Positions 54,795 to 64,000 of a stretch of 64,000 bases of DNA are shown piece after piece. Every line of letters begins with the position of its first letter. Position 1 is the first letter of the stretch. The DNA comes from Nitrospirota bacterium. Its GTDB lineage: Bacteria; Nitrospirota; UBA9217. The stretch spans positions 27,646 to 91,645 of the forward strand of contig CAVUHW010000045.1 of NCBI GenBank assembly GCA_963741205.1, given 5' to 3'. The notes beneath the pieces were generated by a model. The model searched no databases and was not told where the DNA came from. It saw nothing but the letters and a program-made list of their open reading frames with translations. Position numbers and translations under genes: made by a program.

Positions 54795-56111
54795 ATGATA
54801 CGACGCGTATTAACGGGGATTTTGTTCGTTTTTATTGTACTCAGTGTAACTATCGTCGCAATTGGAGCACCCAAGAATGACAAGGATGGAGATCCAATAC
54901 AGGCCAACGCGCTCCGGATGCTGAATGAAGGCAGAGAGATATTTCGTTTCGACACATTCGGAGACGAAGCATTTTGGGGAGACGCTCTCAAACTGCACCA
55001 GGCAATCGCAGGCAGTAAGTTAGGCGGGGTCGGGGGAGGCGTCAGCCCGAAAACGGCATTGGCTGTAGGTTTGAAGGTCGATATGGACGCGCTGCCCAAG
55101 GAACTCGTAGAAAGCTTGAAAGCGGGCAAGGTCAACCTCGATGACCCCGCCACCACGCTCGCCTTGCTCAAATTGAATTCAGTTGTCGGGGTAAAAGGGA
55201 TCTTTGATGCAAAGGGCGCTCTGGTGTCGATGGGCATCACCTGCGCTTTCTGCCATTCGACGGTAGATGACGCATTCATCCCCGGGATCGGGCATCGCCT
55301 GGACGGCTGGGCGAACCGCGATCTCAATGTGGGCGCTATTGCATCGCTCGCTCCCAACCTCGATCCCGTTGCCAAACGTCTGCATACGGACGTGGATACA
55401 GTGAAAAAAGTTTTTGCGAGCTGGGGTCCGGGCAAGTACGATGCAGAGATACTGGAAGACGGCAAGGCCTTCCGGCCCGACGGCAAGTCGGCAGCCACAC
55501 TCCTTCCGGCCGCCTACGGCCTTGCGGGCGTGAACCTGCATACCTACGGCGGATGGGGATCGGTTACCCACTGGAACGCCTATGTCGCCAACACTCAGAT
55601 GCACGGCAAGGGAACGTTCTACGACCCACGCATGAACGATCCGGTAAAATATCCGATAGCAGTCGAGAACAAGGACTGGGACATGCGCTCCACACCCGAT
55701 ATGATCACCTCAAAGCTTGCCGCCCTTCATTTCTATCAACTGGCCATTGCCGCACCCACGCCGCCCGCAGGCAGTTTCGATGCAAAAGCCGCATCGCGCG
55801 GTGAGGCCATTTTCAAAGGCAAGGCCAACTGTGCACGGTGCCATGTGCCACCTCTCTTTACCGAACCGGGGTATAACATGCACAAGCCCACCGAGATCGG
55901 CATAGACGACTTCCAGGCCAGGCGCTCTCCGGACAGCATGTACCGTACAACGCCGCTCAAGGGACTTTGGTCGCATCAAAAAGGCGGCTTCTACCACGAC
56001 GGCAGATTCGCCACGCTTCCGGATGTTATCAATCACTACAACACATTCTTAGACCTGAAGCTGAGCGATCAAGATAAAACCGATATGGTCGAATACCTCA
56101 AGTCGCTTTAG
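54795..56111 (+). CDS. Exported diheme cytochrome c (bCcP/MauG superfamily-like)
   Basis: Signal peptide, CAFCH and CARCH, YRTTPLKG...FYHDGRF..L..V..HY, EYLKSL. Confidence 0.85.
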   Translation: MIRRVLTGILFVFIVLSVTIVAIGAPKNDKDGDPIQANALRMLNEGREIFRFDTFGDEAFWGDALKLHQAIAGSKLGGVGGGVSPKTALAVGLKVDMDALPKELVESLKAGKVNLDDPATTLALLKLNSVVGVKGIFDAKGALVSMGITCAFCHSTVDDAFIPGIGHRLDGWANRDLNVGAIASLAPNLDPVAKRLHTDVDTVKKVFASWGPGKYDAEILEDGKAFRPDGKSAATLLPAAYGLAGVNLHTYGGWGSVTHWNAYVANTQMHGKGTFYDPRMNDPVKYPIAVENKDWDMRSTPDMITSKLAALHFYQLAIAAPTPPAGSFDAKAASRGEAIFKGKANCARCHVPPLFTEPGYNMHKPTEIGIDDFQARRSPDSMYRTTPLKGLWSHQKGGFYHDGRFATLPDVINHYNTFLDLKLSDQDKTDMVEYLKSL

Positions 56112-56132
56112 CTTTCAGGCTGATATTTATTC

Positions 56133-56166
56133 AAAACACCCTCCCCGAAAGGAGGGTGTTTTTTTT
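56133..56166 (+). terminator. Intrinsic terminator
   Basis: AAAACACCCTCC-CCGAAA-GGAGGGTGTTTTTTTT. Confidence 0.88.
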
Positions 56167-56458
56167 GCGCGACCGCCTCTAATATAAGACCTTCCCAGCA
56201 TCCTCAAACTCATAAAAACCGTAGCTGTGGGCGGCGATTTCTGGTTTTTCAGAAAGGATCGGCAATCCGTCGTTACGGATCAAGGAGCGTTCGACGGGGG
56301 AAACCTCTAGCACATAAATCCAAGAAACGTTGTTGACATTGTGCTGAATCAGGAATATGTTCGTTTAGGCAACCCGTTCTTTGTCCTGCTGGGCTTCGGT
56401 GTTACGGGTCGTAGGATGGCATTCAGCGGGATGGCCGTAAAGGTGAAGGAGACTACCG

Positions 56459-57127
56459 GTGAGGACAACAATGATAACCGCGGTGTTGCTTATCCTGGCA
56501 GCCGTCGGTGCGCAAGCGGAATCGGGATTGCCATTCCAGGATTTCGCCCTGGGTCCACAGTATCAGACAATAAAGAGCGATTTTGCGGAAGCGTCCTCCG
56601 CGGGGACGATGTATGGCGTTGATCTGGCGGTCAATGGCTCCTATGCGGACGCACTCATGAACGGTCAGAAAAACAGGTTTCGCTTCGGCGATTATCTGGG
56701 TGCGCATGCGACGCTGTCCGGGGCAAACTATGAATCGGGCCAGGGCAAGTATTTTGTCGGTTTGGGGTATGCTCTTGGAGCCCAGGTGGGGCTTGCCGTT
56801 ACCGACTACCTGGACGTTGGCGCAAGATATTACCTCGATTTTAGGGACAGCAAGTTCGGGTCACAGGATAACTCGCAGTTTCTTAGCCTGAATACCGCCG
56901 AGCTTATGGTGAGATTGGCGAAGATTTATATTGCTGCGGGTGCCGGAAACGGGAAAAAAGCACAGGGCAATGAAACCTGCCGTTCTTCTACTTTTCACCT
57001 ACGCTATCTGCTCCCTGACGGTGGCTACGTCGGGGTCATGATGGACAGCCTGAAGATAAAGTATGAACTCACGAACAGGAATGACAATATCATGAATATC
57101 GTCATCCAATTTGGCCTCATGCGTTAG
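56459..57127 (+). CDS. Hypothetical outer-membrane beta-barrel-like protein
   Basis: Signal peptide, amphipathic strands, AAGGAG RBS. Confidence 0.6.
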   Translation: MRTTMITAVLLILAAVGAQAESGLPFQDFALGPQYQTIKSDFAEASSAGTMYGVDLAVNGSYADALMNGQKNRFRFGDYLGAHATLSGANYESGQGKYFVGLGYALGAQVGLAVTDYLDVGARYYLDFRDSKFGSQDNSQFLSLNTAELMVRLAKIYIAAGAGNGKKAQGNETCRSSTFHLRYLLPDGGYVGVMMDSLKIKYELTNRNDNIMNIVIQFGLMR

Positions 57128-57193
57128 GGGAAGAATGTGAAACTAGCGATGAACCGTCCAGCATGTTTTTCATAAACTGCTGAAAGGGATGAT

Positions 57194-57580
57194 ATGAAAA
57201 CGGATCAAACAGCACCCCGGAACATCGATGACTATATCGCCGGCTTCCCCGAAAATATTCAAGCGATTCTGGAAAAGATAAGAACAACGATCAGAAAGGC
57301 GGCGCCAAACGCGGAGCAAACAATCAAGTATCGAATGCCGACCTTCACGCTGAAAGGCAATTTGGTTCATTTTGCCGCTTTCAAAAAGCATATCGGGTTT
57401 TTCCCGACCCCGACAGGAATTGAAAAATACAAGAAAGAACTATCTGCTTATAAAGGCGCAAAGGGTTCAGTACAGTTTCCCTTGGACAAACCGATTCCTT
57501 ACGGTCTGATAGGTAAGATTGTGAAGTTTCGGGTAAAAGAAAACCTGGAAAGAGCCGAAGCAAAAGCGAAGAAAAAATAG
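57194..57580 (+). CDS. DUF1801 (YdhG-like) protein
   Basis: IDDYIAGFP, IR.AAP.A...I.Y.MP.F, HFAAFKKHIG, KGSVQFP. Confidence 0.9.
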   Translation: MKTDQTAPRNIDDYIAGFPENIQAILEKIRTTIRKAAPNAEQTIKYRMPTFTLKGNLVHFAAFKKHIGFFPTPTGIEKYKKELSAYKGAKGSVQFPLDKPIPYGLIGKIVKFRVKENLERAEAKAKKK

Positions 57581-58113
57581 CGAACATCGTCTGAGGCAAA
57601 GGGAGTCTATTCTCTGAGCCCGGCAAAATAAAGTCAGGGATAAAGAAGCGAGCCCAGTATCCGACTATGCGCTGATTGTTTCCCCAGGAAACACATCCTC
57701 AATTTTCCACCGCCTCGGGCTTGTATCTTTAGGAAACACTAATACCAACGTCCTAATTATTTTCATCATTCATTTCCCCGCTGTTTCCTTTGGACACACT
57801 TTCCCTTTTTCTCACATAAGACGAGGACTCCCGCAGCGTAGTTTCACTGATTTTTCGTACAACCCCGTTTTTGACACTTAACTGTATTAAAGTCTCTGCG
57901 ACATACTCAAGTATCATAATTTCAATTAATTAGCGAATGTAAATTTTCATTTCTGCTGCGGACGGAACCATGCCGGATTTTCGCAGGATCTCGGTATATT
58001 TCTTGCGAGTGAATAAGGCATCTGGCGAAAACGGGCGGACTATGAGCGGAATGTGGCGAAGTGACTTCAGGTCCTCCCAGCCGCGCAGGGGAATTAGTAC
58101 CGAAGGAGGTTGT

Positions 58114-58380
58114 ATGGTCAATGCAAACGTAGAACAATTATTGGACGATTCCTTCATCGTATTTAAGGGATTCATCTACCTCGTGGATCGCCGGCCGCAA
58201 CGGTCCCCGATTACCGGGACCGTGGAGGGACTGAAACGTGAGCTGTCCGCACGCGAAGTGAGGCGCTGCGACATCGCAGGACGGCGCGATATCCTCAGGG
58301 TCTTGGCCGGATCCGAAGCTACGAGGACCGACAGAAACCGCAAAATGGTAATGTCCATTCTGGGATTCCAAATACGGTGA
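58114..58380 (+). CDS. Small hypothetical protein
   Basis: AAGGAGGT RBS, 88 aa ORF. Confidence 0.55.
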   Translation: MVNANVEQLLDDSFIVFKGFIYLVDRRPQRSPITGTVEGLKRELSAREVRRCDIAGRRDILRVLAGSEATRTDRNRKMVMSILGFQIR

Positions 58381-58747
58381 CTTCACAGGAGGCCGTATGG
58401 TCACAGAACGCGTTGTCATACTCTGTTAGCATGTTTCAACCAATAATTCATTGAAATATTACTTGTCTGCGACAACACCTTGCAGGTGCATACAGGAAAA
58501 CCTGTTCGCATCGATTGATGATAATGATTTGTTAAAGCTAGTAATGGTAGATTTCCTTGAAAGTCCATCCTCGTCCCTATACCCTCACCAATTAATAGAA
58601 ACCCCAATTGATCTGCGAGTAAGCCGAGAAAAAGCGTCTTGGACGCGGGATACTTACTTGCGCGAAACTCTGAAATGTCTTCTTCCAACTGCTATTTTTC
58701 GTGATATAGTACGTATGCATAAACTAACTATAAAGGAGATAGAGCCG

Positions 58748-59260
58748 ATGAAGAGTGAAAGAAATCTCAAGGAGATAGTCGCACGAAGGATCGAGTTCTT
58801 CAGAAAAAAACCTGAAGCCGCAATCTACAAGCCGAAGGTCACCTCCCGTCATATTAAAAACCTCTATACCGAGTCAATGGCGCGTGAGCATCTTGTGAAG
58901 TCCGATTATGGCGAGGCAGCCGGAGGAGACAACCAGGCGCCGAACCCTATAGAACTTCTTCTCGCCGCCGTTGCAGCATGCATCGAGGCAGCCTTTTATG
59001 AGTTTGCCGTGCATGAAGGTTTTACGATCAATGCGCTGACCGTAGATGTCGAAGGCACGCTCGACCTCAGAGGGCTTTTCATGGTGGATGATGTATCCGC
59101 TGGATTTAAAGACCTCCGGTATACGTTTACTATAGAGAGCCCAGATGATGAAACAAGGATACGGGAACTCGCCGAGAAGGTCATAGCCCATTGCCCTGTT
59201 GTGGACAGCCTGATAAAACCTACCCAGGTGTCAGGCCGGATAACGGTCAGCAAAGGGTAA
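58748..59260 (+). CDS. OsmC/Ohr-family protein
   Basis: GG.NQAPNP.ELLLAA..AC ... HCPV.DSL. Confidence 0.9.
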   Translation: MKSERNLKEIVARRIEFFRKKPEAAIYKPKVTSRHIKNLYTESMAREHLVKSDYGEAAGGDNQAPNPIELLLAAVAACIEAAFYEFAVHEGFTINALTVDVEGTLDLRGLFMVDDVSAGFKDLRYTFTIESPDDETRIRELAEKVIAHCPVVDSLIKPTQVSGRITVSKG

Positions 59261-59378
59261 AAAATTCTAAAGGATTTGGAAAATTCAAAAATCTCAATCA
59301 GTCCCCTTCTTTTGAGGGGAGGGGAACCCCCGGAAATAAATCCGGTGGCGCCGTGTCCGGCAGTGAGGTGACATTCAC

Positions 59379-62300
59379 ATGGGATTAAGACTTCGCGGCA
59401 TCTTTTTGCTGCTGTTTGCCCTGTCCGGATTCTCCGGTCTCATTTATGAATCGATCTGGACCAACTACCTCAAACTTTTTCTCGGACATGCGGCATACGC
59501 CCAGACGCTGGTGCTGGCAATCTTTATGGGGGGGATGGCCATCGGCTCGGCGATCTCCAGCCGGTATTCGCTGCGCTGGAAAAATCTGCTGTTATGCTAC
59601 GCCGTTACCGAAGGGATCATCGGACTCTGCGCTCTGCCGTTCCACACCGCATTTGACCGGACCATTGATTACTCCTACACAACCATCATCCCGCACCTGA
59701 ACAACCCTGTCGTCGTCAACGCCTTCAAATGGACGATCTCGGCGCTTTTGATACTTCCGCAGTCCGTACTGCTCGGCATGACCTTTCCCCTGATGAGCGC
59801 CGGCATCCTTCGCCTGTTTCCCGACAAACCGGGCAGCACCGTTGCCATGCTCTACTTTACCAACAGCATCGGCGCGGCAATAGGTGTCCTGGTGAGCGGT
59901 TTTGTGCTCATCCGGCTTGTCGGCCTGCCGGGCACCATGGGCATAGCCGGCCTCATTAACATTGCCCTCGCCGCGACTGTCTGGTTCCTGCTGAAAAAGT
60001 CGGAAACTCCCGGCAAAATCACGAGCTCGAAAGCAATCGCCGCCGCACAGGGACCCGGACGTAAACGGTCGAAAGCAAAAACGAAAACCCCGCCTGCGGC
60101 TGAGGGATATTCAGGCAGGAAGGAAACTCCGGAACTCCAGATGACCGTTGAAAAATCATCGCCCGGGGCCGGACCGGTCCACTGCGCGTCCCTCGTGGTA
60201 CCGGTTTTTCCTCTTTGTTTCCCTGGTGACGGGCGCCGCTTCATTCATCTATGAAATCGGCTGGATCCGGATGCTGAGCCTCGTCCTGGGAAGCTCCACC
60301 CATTCATTCGAGCTGATGCTCTCCGCCTTCATTCTCGGCCTGGCGCTCGGCGGCTTGTGGATACATCGGCGCATCGAGCGCGTTGCCAGCCCTGTTCGAT
60401 ACCTCGCCCTTGTGCAGGTCTGCATGGGGCTTCTGGCTCTTTTGACGCTGCCGCTCTACGGCACTACGTTTACCCTCATGCAATGGCTCGTCAAAACTCT
60501 CGGCAAGACAGACACCGGCTACACGCTCTTCAATCTCTCCAGCAGCGCCATTGCCATGTCCGTCATGCTGCCGGCGACCTTCTGCGCGGGGATGACCCTG
60601 CCGCTCATCACGTTCATCCTGCTCAGGGGAGGCCATGGAGAGCGGAGCATCGGCGCGGTGTATGCGGCCAATACCATCGGGGCGATCATCGGCGTCTTTT
60701 TTGCCGTCCACGTCGGGATGCCGCTTTTGGGGCTGAAGAACCTCATTGCCTGCGGCGCGGGCCTCGATATCGCCCTTGGCGTAGGGTTATTCTGGTTTGC
60801 CCTGGCGGAGTCCGGCAGCCGCCGCTTGCCGGTTATCGCGACCGTGACAGGTGTATGTGCAGTCGCGGCGACAATCTTTCTCGTGCAGCTCGACCCGTAC
60901 AAAATGGGATCAGGGGTGTACCGGGCCGGCGAAATTGAAACTCCGGACGGGTTTGAGGTGCTGTACCATAAGGATGGCAAGACAGCCACGGTAAATTGCT
61001 TCCGGCGGAACGACGGGTTGATGTCGATCCGCACCAACGGCAAAGTCGATGCCGCGATCATGATGGCAGCGGGGAGCGAAGCCTCACCCGATGAATCCAC
61101 CATGATCCTTCTTGCCGTAATTCCGATGTCCCTTAACCCCCGGGCCGTAACCGCCGCCGCAATCGGGCTCGGTTCCGGGCTCACCTCTCATACGCTGCTC
61201 AGCTAACCCCCGGCTGCAACAGGTCGACACCGTGGAGATCGAAAAGGGGATGATCGAAGGCGCGAACAATTTCCGGCCTCGTGTCGAGTCGGTGTTCAGC
61301 GACCCGCGCAGCAGGATTCATCAATGACGATGCCAAGACCTTCTTTTCGACCTACAACAAAAAATACGACCTGATCGTGTCCGAACCGTCGAACCCCTGG
61401 GTCAGCGGGGTTGCCGGCCTTTTTTCCGCGGAATTCTACCGCCTGATCGGGCGGCACATGAATGATGACGCTCTGTTCGTGCAGTGGCTGCAACTCTATG
61501 AAATAAATGTGGACCTGGTCGTTTCCGTACTGAAGGCGATCTCCGCCAATTTTTCGGACTACGCCGTCTATGCTTCCAACAATACCGATATCATGGTCAT
61601 AGCGCGGAAAAACGGCCAATTGCCCGCCCCGGACGCCGGTGTCCTGAAAATACCCGCGATTGCCGACGCCTTGAAAATGATCCACGTTGAAGGGGTCCAG
61701 GATATTGAAATTCGCAGGATCGGAAATAAACGCATCTTCTCCAGATTGCTCGAAACCTTCCCCATTCAGGGAAATTCGGATTATTATCCGGTGCTGGACC
61801 AGGATGCGGCGCGCGCCCGTTTCCTCGGCAGTACGGCGCAAGAGTTGCTGAGTCTTCACTATGCGATGACAATGCTTGTCAGGCGCCGGTCAGCAGAAGG
61901 AAACAACGAATATCACCCCTTCCCCGGACTTCGAAATTTCACGGCAGACCTTCTCGGCCATGGGCCTGCGCGATTACTTTCTCCATGGCAGTTCCGGCGG
62001 GCGCTTTGTGCCGGTTGATCTGCAACGTAAAGCCGAGTTGTTGAAGCAGATGTGCGCCGGCAACGCCACCGGCAATGCGAATGACCGGCTGAAACTGGAA
62101 TTCAGTTTGTCCAACGCCATGAGCTTTTTCCTGACCTCTTCTGACATGGAGGCGGTATGGAAGACGCTGGCAACGGGGCCATGCGACGCGCTGGCCTCAC
62201 CGCAAGAGAGGGAGTGGTTCAGACTATTCAAGGCGGTCGGTACTCGTGATGCCGGTAAAATGCTGGAGGGAGCAAAATCATTATTGGCGGGTGGCAATGA

Positions 62301-62479
62301 CCTTTCTCCAGGACTTAAAGAAATACCTCCTCGGGGTGGGCATGCTGGGAGCGATAAGTCAGGGAAAGAGAGAGGAATCCTCCCGGTTGTGGTCCGAATA
62401 CGGGGGAGCGCTGTTTGACGGCAGCAACGAGCCCACCCTGCTGTTTCGTATGCTCGCGGCCGAGAGCTCTCGCCCCTGA
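59379..62479 (+). CDS. Membrane-fused spermidine-synthase-like protein (MFS-like TM repeats), frameshifted
   Basis: SGFSGLIYE..W and ASFIYEIGW repeats, TNGKVDA, IGLGSGLT, YDLIVSEPSNPWVSG...EFY, QWLQLYE. Confidence 0.88.
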
Positions 62480-62639
62480 TACCGGCGCATTGAGAATGCC
62501 TGCAGGGATTTTCCTCTTGCGATCTCGGCACAAATGCACGGAACAAGACACGACCCCTGAGACTTCGAGGGGCACTGTGCTGCGGAGAAGAAAATAACTA
62601 TGCGCAGGCTGAAGCCTGCGGCTACCCGTCCGTAACGAC

Positions 62640-64000
62640 CTATGAACTCTCGGCGGAGCCTGTCCCGCTTGCGGAAAGCTCCAAACCGCCTTCTTCCTTC
62701 CACACCCTCTTTTCTATCTCTTGCAATAACATCCCCGAACGTAGCCCGGATTGATCGCCGAGCAGACCACGCCCCCAAACCGGACTGCGATGGCTTTTGC
62801 CCAGAGCGGATTCACGAGATCGACCTTGTTCAGCACGACAAGCTGGGGTATGTCGTCGAGACCGATTTCCTGCAGCAGGTTATTCACCGAGTCCATCTGC
62901 TGCTCGAAGCGCGGATTGCTGAAGTCCACCACGTGCAGGATCAGGTCCGCGTCCTGCATCTCGTCCAGGGTCGCGCGGAAGGCCCCGAGCAGGTCCTTCG
63001 GCAGGTCCTTGATGAATCCCACCGTATCGGTAATGACCACCTCGCGGTCGCGCGGGAAGCGGAGCCTCCGCGTGGCCGTGTCGAGCGTGGCAAAGAGGAG
63101 GTTTTCGGCCTTGACCTCCGACCTGGTGAGCGCGTTAAAGAGCGTGGATTTGCCCGCGTTCGTATAGCCCGCGATAGAGACGATGGGGATATCGCTCTTC
63201 ACGCGGCGTTCCCGCCGCTGGTCCCTGGCTTTCCCGAGGGCGTCGAGCTGTTTTTCCAGCCTCCGGATCTTGTCCCGCGCGCGCCGCATGTCGACCTCGA
63301 GCCGGGTTTCGCCTGGGCCCCTTCCGCCGATGCCGCCCGTGAGGCGCGAGAGGGCCGTCGAACGCTCCGAAAACCTGGGCAGCCGGTACTTGAGCTGGGC
63401 GAGCTCCACCTGCACCTTGCCGTCGCCGCTGTGGGCCCGCCGCGCGAAGATGTCGAGGATGAGCTGGGTGCGGTCGATGACCCGCATCTCGGTGATGTCG
63501 CCGATGGCCTTGACCTGGGCAGGGGTCAGGTTCTGGTCGAAGACGATGAGGTCCGCGCCCAACTGCTGGGAGCGGATGATGAGTTCCTTGAGCTTTCCCT
63601 CCCCGAGAAGATATTGCGGATTGATGTCGTGCAGCCGCTGGATCACCGTATCGAGGACCGTGATGCCGTCCGTGCGGGCGAGTTCCTTGAGTTCCTCGAT
63701 GGACTCTTCCTGTTCATGCTTGCTCTTTTTCGATACGCTGACGAGAATGGCCCGGTCTTTTTTCGCGACCTCGACGGCGGCCTGCGCCCGTTCCATCTGG
63801 CGCTCGATGTCGGCGATGAATTCGGCGGCGTCTATATTAGCCCGTACACGGATTGCGGCGGCAGGACCTCGTAGAGTTTTTCTTCGGAGTTCGGCGGAAC
63901 GAGGTGGGCGATGGAGATATTGCCGGGCAGTCCGTCAGCCCGTGCGGCCAGGGCGGCGATCATGTCCAGCCGGAGCAGCGCCAGGTCCGTAAGGTCTTCC
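62640..64000 (-). CDS. hflX: GTPase HflX, long form (5' end outside window, frameshifted)
   Basis: DRTQLILDIFA.RA, GRGPGET, GYTNAGKST, LFATLD, DTVGFI, NKVD. Confidence 0.96.

Overview
Bacterial chromosomal segment, mostly GC-rich. Gene content (multiheme cytochromes, long-form hflX, recA-pilT-recX order) suggests Nitrospirota or Desulfobacterota, which is an inference. Single-base frameshifts are pervasive, even in essential genes such as alaS, clpX, lnt and engB. This points to uncorrected long-read indel errors, so split ORFs are reported as whole genes. The window opens with a tnpB-only IS200/IS605 element whose right-end cleavage site is interrupted by a class IIC group II intron that is itself 3'-truncated. 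Housekeeping blocks follow: pgpA-cinA-thpR-recA-pilT-recX-alaS, phasin-ubiB-mltG, peptide ABC permeases, seven tRNAs, tig-clpP-clpX-engB, dprA-smg-topA-xerC-hslVU-argB, recO, lnt, queD, pmbA and hflX. Accessory content includes an orphan GroES with a histone-like tail, a STAS-HATPase plus STAS-wHTH pair inside the recA gene cluster, a frameshift-hidden gene resembling eukaryotic PHPT1/Janus phosphohistidine phosphatase, an ExtBCD-like porin-cytochrome operon with a long leader, a neprosin-like peptidase, two genes carrying three Hfq/Sm domains, and a diheme peroxidase-like protein with a divergent regulator. Many spacers contain REP-like palindromes or decayed 7-9-mer inverted arrays. All family calls come from motif recognition by eye, and no database search was run.
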